Both the position numbers and the translations under genes were made by a program. 37,647 nt of DNA. It comes from an uncultured Muribaculaceae bacterium (GTDB lineage: Bacteria > Bacillota_I > Bacilli_A > RF39 > UBA660). A model generated the notes under the pieces. The model saw only the letters and a program-made list of their open reading frames with translations, was not told where the DNA came from and did not search any database. Position 1 is the first letter of the stretch, and the number at the start of each line of letters is the position of its first letter. The stretch spans positions 1 to 37,647 of the forward strand of contig CAZQAO010000003.1 in assembly GCA_964591225.1 (NCBI GenBank), given 5' to 3'. Positions 1 through 9,439 of this stretch are shown piece after piece.

Positions 1-1088
1 TTAAAATATTTATATTTCTGTTGATGATTTGAACAATCTCCCTTTAAGCAAGAAATTTTACCATCATTATAATTTGATTTTTGTATTATTTCATTTTCCT
101 TTCTTAAATAATAAACAAAATTATGTTTTTTAGAATCTAAAAACCATAAATATTCTTCTATCGTATCATTTTTTTTTTCTGATACTAAAAATAAATTTGA
201 AATAATATTATAACTAATAAGAATTTGTTTATCATTTTCTTGATATTCTAAAATATATTCCCCTTTATTATCATCATTTAAAATAAAATTATCTTTAATT
301 TTTTGAGGAACATCAATTTGAGGAGAATCATTAGATGGTTCATTATTACTAATTTTAACAGTATTTTTAAAAAATAACTTATTATTAGTATACATTCTTG
401 AAGCATTAAGTTTAATAGTATCTACTTGATCTATCCCGTAAGTAATATCGGCATACATATTATCAAGCATTAATTCTATATCATCAAAAGAAAAATACTC
501 GTCATAACCTCTGTCTTGAATTATTAAAACATCGCCTTTGTCAGAAGCATAAATTTTTTTCTTCGTACCATTTTTTAAATAATAAAATTCAATTTCATCT
601 GGTTCATTTTGAGAAAAAGTGACACCTTTAAAGTTTAAATAAGCAACTTCATGAGAGAAAACTGCTAGAGTATCCATGATTTGAAATTGATCATTGCTCC
701 CACTAATTTTATAAATTTTGAATTGATTATAAGTCATAATGAAATAATAAATTAAAAAGGCTATAATCATCAATGAAATAATAGCGGAGAAAATAATAAT
801 TATTTTTTTAGTTTTTTTAGAATTCTTTTTTAAAACATCAATAGTAATATTATTTATATATTTTTCATTCTTTTTTGATATTCTAACTCCTGCTATAACT
901 TCATTAGGAGTTACCTTAAAAATATTACAAATTTTTAGCAATAATTCATAATCTGGTAAGCCAACTCCTCGTTCCCATCTACTAACTGCTTGTCTAGTAA
1001 CATATAATTTACTAGCTAATTCTTCTTGACTCCACCCTTTTTCTTCTCTTAATTCTTTAATAAATTTTCCTATTACTTTGGGATTCAT
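1..1088 (-). CDS. XRE-family HTH regulator fused to one transmembrane helix and a ~240+ aa extracytoplasmic domain (3' end runs off the window)
   Basis: Absent from the ORF track because it is open to the window edge. Hand translation from ATG 1088 gives MNPKVIGKFIKELREEKGWSQEELASKLYVTRQAVSRWERGVGLPDYELLLKICNIFKVTPNEV (Cro/C1-type HTH). This is followed by KKIIIIFSAIISLMIIAFLIYYFIM (TM helix) and a non-repetitive domain. I checked every in-frame triplet down to nt 3 and found no stop. Confidence 0.75.
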   Translation of the reverse strand, partial: MNPKVIGKFIKELREEKGWSQEELASKLYVTRQAVSRWERGVGLPDYELLLKICNIFKVTPNEVIAGVRISKKNEKYINNITIDVLKKNSKKTKKIIIIFSAIISLMIIAFLIYYFIMTYNQFKIYKISGSNDQFQIMDTLAVFSHEVAYLNFKGVTFSQNEPDEIEFYYLKNGTKKKIYASDKGDVLIIQDRGYDEYFSFDDIELMLDNMYADITYGIDQVDTIKLNASRMYTNNKLFFKNTVKISNNEPSNDSPQIDVPQKIKDNFILNDDNKGEYILEYQENDKQILISYNIISNLFLVSEKKNDTIEEYLWFLDSKKHNFVYYLRKENEIIQKSNYNDGKISCLKGDCSNHQQKYKYF

Positions 1089-1158
1089 ACAACACTCCTT
1101 TTGTAGTTATCATATAATATAAAACTTAAAAAAACAATTAAGTTAATATTAATTGCTT

Positions 1159-1920
1159 TTAAAATCCATATATAAGAGTACCTAGATTAGCAAACTTTTC
1201 ATAAAAGAAAAAAACTAATACTAAACTACTGACTAAGAATGGTCCAAAAGGAACTTCGGTATCTTTTTTTAAAGCGATGGTGGCAAGAGCATAAGGAAGA
1301 GCTAAAAAAGTAGATAAGATAAAGGCTAAAAAGGCATATTTAAAGTTTAAAACCATTCCCATGATAAAAGAAAATTTAACATCTCCGCCCCCTAAAGATT
1401 CTCTTTTAAAAAGTAAGTTACCTAAATAGCGAATAACTAATATGATGACAAAAGAAATACAACCATGACCTAAACTTAATAAAGCTTCATGCCAGCCATA
1501 GTATACGCCTTTTAGCACAAATATCGCCACTAAAGAGATGATAAGTGGTGAATCTAAAATAATACAGTATTTAAAATCGGTAATAAAAATAATCACTAGT
1601 AATGAAGATAATATTAACATAATCCATAATTGATAGGAAAAACCAAATTTAGCATAACTTACTGCAAATAATAGTCCCGTTAATAATTCATATAATAAAT
1701 ATTCGATACTTATTTTATGATGACAATACCGACATTTACCACCTAAAAATAGATAAGAAAAAATGGGGATTAAATCTAAAGGATGTAACTTATGATGACA
1801 AAATGTACAATGACTTCCAGGATAAAGTATGGATTTTCCTTCTGCTAAACGAGTTCCTACGACGTAATAGAAAGAACCAAAGATAGTACCAATTACAAAA
1901 AATAGTAATATATACCACAT
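1159..1920 (-). CDS. pilD: Prepilin peptidase (A24 family, PilD/ComC type)
   Basis: N-terminal CTFC...CRYC cysteine pairs, polytopic membrane protein, GGGDVKF active-site Asp motif. RBS aagggggt lies upstream of the ATG. Confidence 0.85.
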   Translation of the reverse strand: MWYILLFFVIGTIFGSFYYVVGTRLAEGKSILYPGSHCTFCHHKLHPLDLIPIFSYLFLGGKCRYCHHKISIEYLLYELLTGLLFAVSYAKFGFSYQLWIMLILSSLLVIIFITDFKYCIILDSPLIISLVAIFVLKGVYYGWHEALLSLGHGCISFVIILVIRYLGNLLFKRESLGGGDVKFSFIMGMVLNFKYAFLAFILSTFLALPYALATIALKKDTEVPFGPFLVSSLVLVFFFYEKFANLGTLIYGF

Positions 1921-1936
1921 AAATATACCCCCTTTC

Positions 1937-3463
1937 CTACTCTATTTCATTTAGTAAATTGAACATTGGAACGATAACTGCCAAGATAATTATTCCGACG
2001 ACAATAGCTAGTAAAGAAATTAATACTGGTTCAATAAATGATTTTAAATTGGTAACTATACTACGATGCATTTCTGCATAATAATTACTAACTCTTTTCA
2101 TCATTTCGGCTAATTGACCAGTGGATTCTCCGGTTACTATCATATAATAAGCGACATCTGGAATAGCCCAATGATTTTTAAAGGAAGTGGATATTTTATC
2201 TCCTTTGACGATATTTTTAACGGTATCTTCCATAATTTCTTTATATATTTCATTATTAGTAACCCGACTTAAAATATCCATACTATCAGTTATAAAAACG
2301 TTATTAAATAGTAAAGATGAGAAAGTCTTAGTAAAAATAGTTAGTTCTTTATAAATAATAACCTTACTGACAATAGGTAAATGCATAAGAACATATTGGA
2401 CATTTCTTCGAAAAGTCTTAATATATTTATAGCAAAAATAGAAGACAATAACTACAATTAAAATAATTCCTAAAATCGTGAAAATATTATTTCGTAAGAA
2501 GTTACTTGCATTGACAATAAAAAGTGTTAAACCACTAATTTGGGAATCATTTTCTTCATACACTTTAATAAATTCTGGAATAATAAACATTAAAATAAAA
2601 GTAATAACGGCAACTGCAAAAACGGTAATAATAGCAGGATATGTAATAGCACTAATCATTTGTTTTCGCGTTTTTTCGACTTCTTCATAATAGTTAGACA
2701 TATCTTTTAAGGTTGCTTCTAACTCCCCGGTAGCTTCAGCTGCTCTAATCATATTAATTAGTAAGGGGGGAAACATAGATCCTTGTTTTTCTAAAGCTCG
2801 TGAAAAAGGTTGCCCCATTGTTAATTCATAGACAATGGATTGAAAAGCTTTTTTATAACGAGGCTTATTTTTCATTTGATTATTTAAAATCTTAACTGAA
2901 TCAGTTAAAGGAATTCCACTTTCTAGGTAAGTAGATAATTGAGCTAACCAGAATAGTAAATCTTTATTAGACATCCGATTAGCTAAAACACTGGATTCAC
3001 CATATAAAAAATCAATATATTTATTAGATTTAATTTCATAAACGGTATACGATTCTTGTAATAAGAACGTATTTACATCCAATTTCGAATAACCATTAAT
3101 AGTACCAGTTTCCATCTTACCATCTTTATTAAGAGCTCGATACCAAAAAACTTGCGGAGTTTTACTTCTAATACTACCCTCATTTTGTAATTCGATAGCT
3201 AGTTCTGATCGTTTCTTTTCTAATTTCTCTAGTTGTTTTTTACTCATATGTATTTTTTTAACATGATTTTCTTCGCCGTTATCTAGAGCAGTTTTATTTA
3301 GTTCTTTTCTCTTGGTTCGCAGTCCAAATAAATCAATCGTACAAAAGGAAAGGCCTTTTAAGGCATAACGAAAAATATCTAATATTAATTTAAAGATATT
3401 GGCAATTCCTAAAAAAGGAAGCATTAAGATATTATTTTGCTTTTTGGTTTCTTCTTTGGCCAT
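1937..3463 (-). CDS. pilC: Type IV pilus / type II secretion platform protein (GspF/PilC family) with ~100-aa N-terminal extension
   Basis: Two GspF repeats, each ending in an E-x-(T/S)-G-x-L motif (AAEATGELEATL, TGESTGQLAEMM). Canonical PilC N-terminus FWYRALNKDGKMETGTINGYSKLDV starts only near residue 105. Three or more TM helices. Confidence 0.8.
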   Translation of the reverse strand: MAKEETKKQNNILMLPFLGIANIFKLILDIFRYALKGLSFCTIDLFGLRTKRKELNKTALDNGEENHVKKIHMSKKQLEKLEKKRSELAIELQNEGSIRSKTPQVFWYRALNKDGKMETGTINGYSKLDVNTFLLQESYTVYEIKSNKYIDFLYGESSVLANRMSNKDLLFWLAQLSTYLESGIPLTDSVKILNNQMKNKPRYKKAFQSIVYELTMGQPFSRALEKQGSMFPPLLINMIRAAEATGELEATLKDMSNYYEEVEKTRKQMISAITYPAIITVFAVAVITFILMFIIPEFIKVYEENDSQISGLTLFIVNASNFLRNNIFTILGIILIVVIVFYFCYKYIKTFRRNVQYVLMHLPIVSKVIIYKELTIFTKTFSSLLFNNVFITDSMDILSRVTNNEIYKEIMEDTVKNIVKGDKISTSFKNHWAIPDVAYYMIVTGESTGQLAEMMKRVSNYYAEMHRSIVTNLKSFIEPVLISLLAIVVGIIILAVIVPMFNLLNEIE

Positions 3464-3573
3464 CGGATTTCCCTTTCTATCTTCATAATAAAATTATATC
3501 ATATTTTTTCTTTTTGCGAAGAGAAATGTCAACTATTTTGAAAATTCGCATAAAATATAGTAGGTGAATTATT

Positions 3574-3846
3574 ATGTATAATGGATTGGGAATCACAAGA
3601 GGATTCAGTTTAGGAAAAATAGTAAATGGTTTATCTAAGACTTTACGGGTAGCTAACCAAATTATTCCGATATATCAAAAAGCCATGCCCGTTATCCAAA
3701 ATGCCCGCAATATGTTTGGCATGTTAAAAGAATTTAAACCAAGTAGTCCGAAATCAAATCAAGTACTAAGTGCTACTCCACTACCAGAACCGATAAAAAC
3801 TATCGAAAAAGAAAAAACGTCCTCGACGCCTACTTTCTTCTTATAA
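3574..3846 (+). CDS. Small hypothetical protein (possibly YqfQ/VrrA-like N-terminal motif, unverified)
   Basis: 90-aa ORF with RBS aggtga 7 nt upstream of the ATG. It lies beside trmK/sigA/dnaG, the neighbourhood where Bacillus carries yqf genes. The C-terminal half is low complexity. Its last 17 nt overlap the convergent trmK 3' end. Confidence 0.45.
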   Translation: MYNGLGITRGFSLGKIVNGLSKTLRVANQIIPIYQKAMPVIQNARNMFGMLKEFKPSSPKSNQVLSATPLPEPIKTIEKEKTSSTPTFFL

Positions 3847-4483
3847 AAATTTTTAAACCTAATTTTCGGACTTTAATTTTTAATTTTTTAAACCCATTAT
3901 CTTGGTAAGATAATTTTTTATCAATATGATCCCAAGTATTATATAAAGATAAATAATAAGCATGATTATTAGGATCAAAAAGACCAAATTGTTGTTCTAA
4001 TAAAGTTAAATGGTTATATGTTTTTGTATATACCCCTATTACATAATAATGTTTATTTTCATAAATTACTTTTTCTTTTTGTAAATAAAACTTTTTTTTA
4101 GCCATCTTTTTACGCAAATAAGCTAAATTATTATTAGATTGAATAATAATTTTTTTAATGTTAAATTTATCGATATCTTCTAAAATAGTTAAAATAGTAT
4201 GACAACCCATGCCAGCTAAAACAATAGTATCGATGCTATCTTGAGGAATTTGTTTCAAACCATCAGATAAATAGATGGTAATTTTTTTAGTTAAATGATA
4301 TTTTTTAACATTTTCTTGGGCCATTAAATAAGCATTTTGATTACAATCACTGGCTAATGCATGAGTTAAAAGTTTATTTTTTACTAAATAAATAGGTAAA
4401 TAAGCATGATCACAGCCAATATCAATTACTTGATCATGGGGTTCAATAAAGGAAGCAATAGTTTTAATTCGTAAACTAAACAT
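3830..4483 (-). CDS. trmK: tRNA (adenine22-N1)-methyltransferase TrmK (YqfN family)
   Basis: Motif VIDIGCDHAYLPIYL. Size is 217 aa. Positioned directly downstream of sigA, as in Bacillus. Confidence 0.8.
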   Translation of the reverse strand: MFSLRIKTIASFIEPHDQVIDIGCDHAYLPIYLVKNKLLTHALASDCNQNAYLMAQENVKKYHLTKKITIYLSDGLKQIPQDSIDTIVLAGMGCHTILTILEDIDKFNIKKIIIQSNNNLAYLRKKMAKKKFYLQKEKVIYENKHYYVIGVYTKTYNHLTLLEQQFGLFDPNNHAYYLSLYNTWDHIDKKLSYQDNGFKKLKIKVRKLGLKIFIRRK

Positions 4484-5581
4484 TTAATCAGATAAAAAGT
4501 CCTTTAATTTTTTAGCCCGCGATGGATGTCTTAATTTTCGTAAAGCTTTGGCTTCTATTTGTCTTATTCTTTCTCGCGTAACATTAAACTTCTTCCCTAC
4601 TTCTTCTAAAGTATGACTAGTGCCATCGACAAGACCAAACCGAAGTTCTAATACTTCTTGTTCTCTTTCTTGTAAAGTTTCCAAAACTGATTTTATTTCT
4701 TCTTTTAAAATCTCATTAGTAGCGTATTCTTCAGGACTCATCGTATTAATATCTTGAACAAAATCTCCTAAATGCGAATCATCTTCTTCACCAATTGGTG
4801 TTTCCAAAGAAACGGGATCTTGACTAATTTTAATTACTTCTCTTACTTTTTCGACAGTAATTCCCATTTTCTTAGCAATTTCTTCTTCAGTTGGTTCCCG
4901 GTTTAACTCTAATGTTAGTTGTCTTTGAATCCGGGCCATTTTATTAATCGTTTCGACCATATGAACGGGGACTCTAATGGTTCTGGCTTGATCTGCTAAA
5001 GCTCTAGTAATAGCTTGTCGAATCCACCAAGTAGCATATGTCGAAAACTTAAATCCTTTGTCATAATCAAATTTATCGACTGCTTTCATAAGCCCAATAT
5101 TACCCTCTTGAATTAAATCTAAGAACAATAATCCTCTTCCGACATATCTTTTGGCAATGGATACTACTAACCGTAAGTTAGATTCAGCTAAGATATTTTT
5201 GGCCATCTCATCACCAGAAGCAGCTCTTTTCGATAGTTCTAACTCTTCTTCAGGAGACAGTAAACTAATTTTTCCAATTTCTTTTAAATACATTCTGACG
5301 GGATCGTTAATATTAACATCTTTGGTAATTTCTTCATCTTCTAATATTAAAGGTTCATCTTTTTTCAGATCTTTATCATCATTATTTTCATTTTCTTCAT
5401 CACCATCAATAATTTCAATATTATTGTCGACAAAGAAATTGTATAATTCATCTAACGAATCACTATCGATATCTAAACCCTTTAAAGAATCTGCTAATTG
5501 TTCAAAGGTAATAGTTCCATTTTCTTTACCTAATTTTAATAATTCCGTTTTTCTTTCTTCTAATGTTTTAATTGTTTTCAT
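4484..5581 (-). CDS. sigA: Primary RNA polymerase sigma factor (sigma-70/SigA)
   Basis: Acidic region 1.1. Region 2 motifs [38 protein letters not shown]. Region 4.2 motif [30 protein letters not shown]. Confidence 0.97.
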   Translation of the reverse strand: MKTIKTLEERKTELLKLGKENGTITFEQLADSLKGLDIDSDSLDELYNFFVDNNIEIIDGDEENENNDDKDLKKDEPLILEDEEITKDVNINDPVRMYLKEIGKISLLSPEEELELSKRAASGDEMAKNILAESNLRLVVSIAKRYVGRGLLFLDLIQEGNIGLMKAVDKFDYDKGFKFSTYATWWIRQAITRALADQARTIRVPVHMVETINKMARIQRQLTLELNREPTEEEIAKKMGITVEKVREVIKISQDPVSLETPIGEEDDSHLGDFVQDINTMSPEEYATNEILKEEIKSVLETLQEREQEVLELRFGLVDGTSHTLEEVGKKFNVTRERIRQIEAKALRKLRHPSRAKKLKDFLSD

Positions 5582-7313
5582 CTTTGGACACTTCCTTTTT
5601 TATTTCCGCAATTTTTTCCGTTAAAGCAATTTTTTTATTGACATCATATTCTGTTTTTAATTCTGCTTTTAAATTCTGTATTTCTTGTTCTTTTATTTTC
5701 TTTTTTAATTTAAGAATGAGTTCATTCATTAATTCTTCATTGACTTCTTTAATCTGGACAGTATTTATTATATCCATAATTTGATTTTTTAAATTACTTG
5801 TTTCCGCATAAGTAATAAAATCCGCCAAATTTATATTTTGATTAGATTCATAATAATATAAAATCTCTCCTGCTATATCGCGTTGTTCTTTTAAGGGAAA
5901 CATACCTAGTTGGGTTTTATATTGGCGAATGTATCTTGGTTCTTGCATCATACAGTATAAAATTTCGTTACCTAATTTTTGTTCAGTACTTAGTTTCGGC
6001 CTTGTTTTTTTAAGAGGAGGGGTTTTAACTACAGGGGTTTCTTCATTCCCTAACTGTTCTTTAAGTAAGTCATAGGAGATATTATAATCATTACTTAACT
6101 TTTGTAAAGTTACTTCTTTCAAAATCGGATCATTATTTTTTTGTAAGTTAGCAATTACTGATTTTAAATAATCAGCGAGATCGACCGAAGAATCTAAATT
6201 TTTATTTTTTTTCAGATAATTTAATTTAAAATCCATGAAGGAAGTAGCGTTATGGATATTTTGAAGCATGGCATCTGCTCCATATTTTAATATGTATTCA
6301 TCGGGGTCTTTGGCACCACTTAAACGAACTACTTGAATAGTTAAGCCAGCTTCTTCTAAAATATTACCAACCGCATAAGTAGAGGTTTCCCCGGCTTCAT
6401 CATTATCTAACATCAAAATAATTTTAACTCTTAGCTTTTTTAAAGCATTAGTTTGCTCTTGAGTTAGATTAGTACCCATTAAAGCTACGACGTTTTTAAT
6501 ATTATTTAAGGATAAACGGATGGCATCCATATTTCCTTCGACAATAACGACTTCTTTTTGCAGGCGAATCTGATCTTTTGCTCGATGATAATTATAGAGA
6601 ATATTACCTTTTTTAAAAATATAAGTTTCTTTCGTATTTAAGTATTTTGGAGTTACATTTTCTAAATAACATCGTGCGGTAAAACCAACAGGATGGCCTT
6701 CAAAATCATGAATGGGAAACATAATCCGGTTTTGAAAAACATCGTAAGAATTCTCACTAGTAGTATGAATTAAACCTAAGAGGGCGATTGTTTTTTCCGG
6801 ATAACCTTTTTTGGTTAGAATATTATATAAGCCATCTTTATCTAAGGCTAAACCGATATCAAATTCTTTTGTGGCTTCACTATTTATACCCCGCTCTGTT
6901 AAATATTCTTGGGCTTTTTTACCAGCGAAACTATTTAAATTATTTTGATAAAATTTAACGGCAAAATCCATTATTTCGTATTCGGTTGCAAACTTTTCTT
7001 TCTTTTGGGTATAAATATCTCCCTTTAGAGTAATTCCTACCTTATTAGCAACTATTGAGACGGCTTCACTAAAAGATACATTTAAAAAATTCTCAATAAA
7101 CGTAAAAACATTGCCGGTCGCTCCACAAGAAAAACATTTATAAATTTGTTTTTCACTCGAAACACTCATACTAGGTGAATGATCTTCATGAAAAGGACAG
7201 ACGCCAAAATAATTTTTACCTCGTTGCGTTAAAGGAATATAAGATGCGATAATATCGACAATCGAAGCCGCATTTCGCACTTCATTAATTTCTTGTTGGG
7301 AGATAAAAGCCAT
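5568..7313 (-). CDS. dnaG: DNA primase DnaG
   Basis: Zinc ribbon [36 protein letters not shown] motifs VEGNMDAI and LDNDEAG. Overlaps the sigA start by 14 nt. Confidence 0.95.
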   Translation of the reverse strand: MAFISQQEINEVRNAASIVDIIASYIPLTQRGKNYFGVCPFHEDHSPSMSVSSEKQIYKCFSCGATGNVFTFIENFLNVSFSEAVSIVANKVGITLKGDIYTQKKEKFATEYEIMDFAVKFYQNNLNSFAGKKAQEYLTERGINSEATKEFDIGLALDKDGLYNILTKKGYPEKTIALLGLIHTTSENSYDVFQNRIMFPIHDFEGHPVGFTARCYLENVTPKYLNTKETYIFKKGNILYNYHRAKDQIRLQKEVVIVEGNMDAIRLSLNNIKNVVALMGTNLTQEQTNALKKLRVKIILMLDNDEAGETSTYAVGNILEEAGLTIQVVRLSGAKDPDEYILKYGADAMLQNIHNATSFMDFKLNYLKKNKNLDSSVDLADYLKSVIANLQKNNDPILKEVTLQKLSNDYNISYDLLKEQLGNEETPVVKTPPLKKTRPKLSTEQKLGNEILYCMMQEPRYIRQYKTQLGMFPLKEQRDIAGEILYYYESNQNINLADFITYAETSNLKNQIMDIINTVQIKEVNEELMNELILKLKKKIKEQEIQNLKAELKTEYDVNKKIALTEKIAEIKKEVSKDENN

Positions 7314-7384
7314 AAAAAACAGCCTCCTACTTATATATATTACATCTTATAGACAAATTTCCTTTTTTTCTTGACAAAAAATTA

Positions 7385-8278
7385 TTATATTTGACTAAAA
7401 GTTGATGATTTCTTCTCATGTAAATAATGAATTAAAGAAACGATAATGCTAGCCAAAACAATAGCAAAATAGATGCCATCATACTGAGATATTACTAAAG
7501 AAAATGGTAAGATACTTACTCCCAGTAATAAACCATAAATTACTCTTTCTTTAGGTAAATAAGGACTAGTAAGGGAGAATGAAGATAGAAATATTAACCC
7601 AAATAAAACAGGACTAGAAAACATATTAGTTAGTAAAAAACTCATATTACCTTGCGTTAAAGAATAGATAAATAAAGTTAAAAGATAGGTGGCATAACCA
7701 TATATAGGAATATCTTTTTTATAATAATAATCACTGGCTAATACCAAGTAAGAAATAAATAATAACAGTGGACTACTACAATATAATCCCCCAACTTGGT
7801 GACCAATTAAAGTATCCCAAAAAGAATAATGATACAGACCACTTTGTTCCAAACCATTTTCATAACCATACCCGAACATGAAACAAGCAAGCACCAAAAA
7901 TATTCTTCCTAAAGCTAGGGTATTGAAACTCCCAAAAGGCTTTTTAATTCTTAGCAAGCGATATAAAAATAAGCTAAGGGTTAAAATAATGGTATATACT
8001 AAAATATTAACTTGAAAAGGAATCATTAAACAAAAACCCAGACTAATTAAACGATACGAAAAAGCATCATTACTTTTAAAATAAAAATCAAAGAAAGCCC
8101 CTATACCATAACTAATAATTGGAAATAAAAAGACCATTATAGTTTGCCATAACGTTTGGTAACCTAAAACTAATGGTAGTAGGCCATTTTTATAAATACC
8201 AAAAGCAATTAATAGAAAAAATAACAAAAAATATTTTTGCGATAGAGAAACTTTGGACTCTTTATGTAATCTACTCAT
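7385..8278 (-). CDS. RnfD/NqrB-like polytopic membrane protein (degenerate)
   Basis: About 8-9 TM helices. The segment FWDTLIGHQVGGLYCSSPLLLFISYLVL resembles the RnfD G-x-x-G-E-T-S region, but the residues are not conserved. I prefer ATG 8278 (RBS agaggtg 6 nt upstream, ATGAGTAG overlap with the upstream stop) over the track's GTG at 8287. Confidence 0.55.
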   Translation of the reverse strand: MSRLHKESKVSLSQKYFLLFFLLIAFGIYKNGLLPLVLGYQTLWQTIMVFLFPIISYGIGAFFDFYFKSNDAFSYRLISLGFCLMIPFQVNILVYTIILTLSLFLYRLLRIKKPFGSFNTLALGRIFLVLACFMFGYGYENGLEQSGLYHYSFWDTLIGHQVGGLYCSSPLLLFISYLVLASDYYYKKDIPIYGYATYLLTLFIYSLTQGNMSFLLTNMFSSPVLFGLIFLSSFSLTSPYLPKERVIYGLLLGVSILPFSLVISQYDGIYFAIVLASIIVSLIHYLHEKKSSTFSQI

Positions 8279-9404
8279 TATTATCACCTCTAAGATACTT
8301 AGCTAAATTGATATGAGCGGGACATATATAAGTACATAAACCACACTCTATACACTTAACTGTGTCTTTTTTTTGTAAAGCTAATAAAGGGTTAGAATTA
8401 ATTGGACATACTTCTAAACATTTACCACATAATAAACATTGTTGTTCTTTACTATTCTTTTTGGTCATAATAACAATTCCTTGTAAATCTTTCGTCACAA
8501 TTAATTTTTCAATATCAATCTTTTTACCATGCATGAGTCCATTAGCATAAATATCGCAAGTATTAAAATTGGTCGCATAAAAATGAAAGAGTAAATCACT
8601 TACTTTAGTACCTAATTTAACATTAAAAACTTGAGGATTAGGAACTGCATCTCCCGATACCGTAAGATAAGTTTCTAATAAAGCTTTACGTTTCTTCATA
8701 TTTTGATAAAAAGTATAAACTTCATGAGCTTTTAAATAGATATAATTACCCTTAATATTTAATTTAGTTGGTAAAAATTGTTCTTCGCCAATTAAATAGT
8801 AATCGTCTACTAAACATAAATTAATATTTTGATAAGTTCCTAGAAAATCTTGATAAGCCGCAATATTCTCGCCATCCATATTTTTAATAGCGATATAAGC
8901 TGTACTGCCCGGAAAAAGTTGTAATAATGCATCTAAAGTTTCTAAAATAATTTTCGTATTTTCTTTTTGATAAAAAATTTCGGTCGCAATATATGGTTCT
9001 TCATCAATCCCCGACATAATAATAGATGTGACATTTTCTTTATTTAAAAACCGGTCGGGATCTAAATCTTTTAAATCAGTTCGTAAATCATCCATAGTAA
9101 TTTGACTAATTTTTTTGCGAGTAGCTTGTCTTTTTCCCGTCTTTTCTTGAAAATTATTAGCAATTACTAAACATTTTCCTTGTTCTTTGTTATAAAATTC
9201 ACATTCTTTAATACCTAAAATATTACCGGAGACCGAAGCATAAGTATGGGGAAATAACTCTTGTTCTTTAGTTACTTCTTCATTTTTTTTGAAAGGCAAA
9301 GCCCGATTTAAAATCGGTACATAAACAAAATCAGGATCTAAATAATCCGTAATCTTACTTTTCAGTTTAATTGTGTAATCTTTTTCTAGCTTTACTGCTT
9401 TCAT
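8271..9404 (-). CDS. RnfC-like iron-sulfur protein (SLBB-like domain plus 2x[4Fe-4S] ferredoxin motifs)
   Basis: C-terminal CLLCGKCLEVCP and CIECGLCTYICP. SLBB-like TVSGDAVPNPQVFNVKLGTKVSDLL. GIDEEPYIA replaces the RnfC NGAECEPY motif. No GGAGFP-type glycine loop seen. ATG 9404 is preferred over the track's TTG at 9416. Confidence 0.6.
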   Translation of the reverse strand: MKAVKLEKDYTIKLKSKITDYLDPDFVYVPILNRALPFKKNEEVTKEQELFPHTYASVSGNILGIKECEFYNKEQGKCLVIANNFQEKTGKRQATRKKISQITMDDLRTDLKDLDPDRFLNKENVTSIIMSGIDEEPYIATEIFYQKENTKIILETLDALLQLFPGSTAYIAIKNMDGENIAAYQDFLGTYQNINLCLVDDYYLIGEEQFLPTKLNIKGNYIYLKAHEVYTFYQNMKKRKALLETYLTVSGDAVPNPQVFNVKLGTKVSDLLFHFYATNFNTCDIYANGLMHGKKIDIEKLIVTKDLQGIVIMTKKNSKEQQCLLCGKCLEVCPINSNPLLALQKKDTVKCIECGLCTYICPAHINLAKYLRGDNNE

Positions 9405-9439
9405 GTCTTTCACCAACTTTATTATACTATAGAAATTGC

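Noticed and set aside
5151-5624. Antisense and overlapping ORFs from the track: 2478-2690, 5151-5624, 5572-5784, 8362-8550, 17247-17600, 17746-17970, 22600-22812, 22706-22948, 22752-23000, 24975-25244, 27917-28120, 28493-28810
   Set aside because: All lie entirely inside, and mostly antisense to, strongly supported genes (pilC, sigA, dnaG, rnfC-like, dnaJ, grpE, hrcA, permease). They give low-complexity Ser/Phe/Ile-rich translations typical of the reverse strand of Glu/Lys-rich AT-rich genes. None has a convincing RBS.
9404-9416. Upstream GTG/TTG starts used by the ORF track for several genes (8287, 9416, 11224, 11314, 13778, 18415, 23698, 27006, 33038, 36380)
   Set aside because: In each case a downstream ATG has a properly spaced GGAGG/GGTGA-type RBS and restores the canonical family N-terminus (for example [12 protein letters not shown] for DnaJ). 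The upstream alternative codon overlaps or abuts the RBS.
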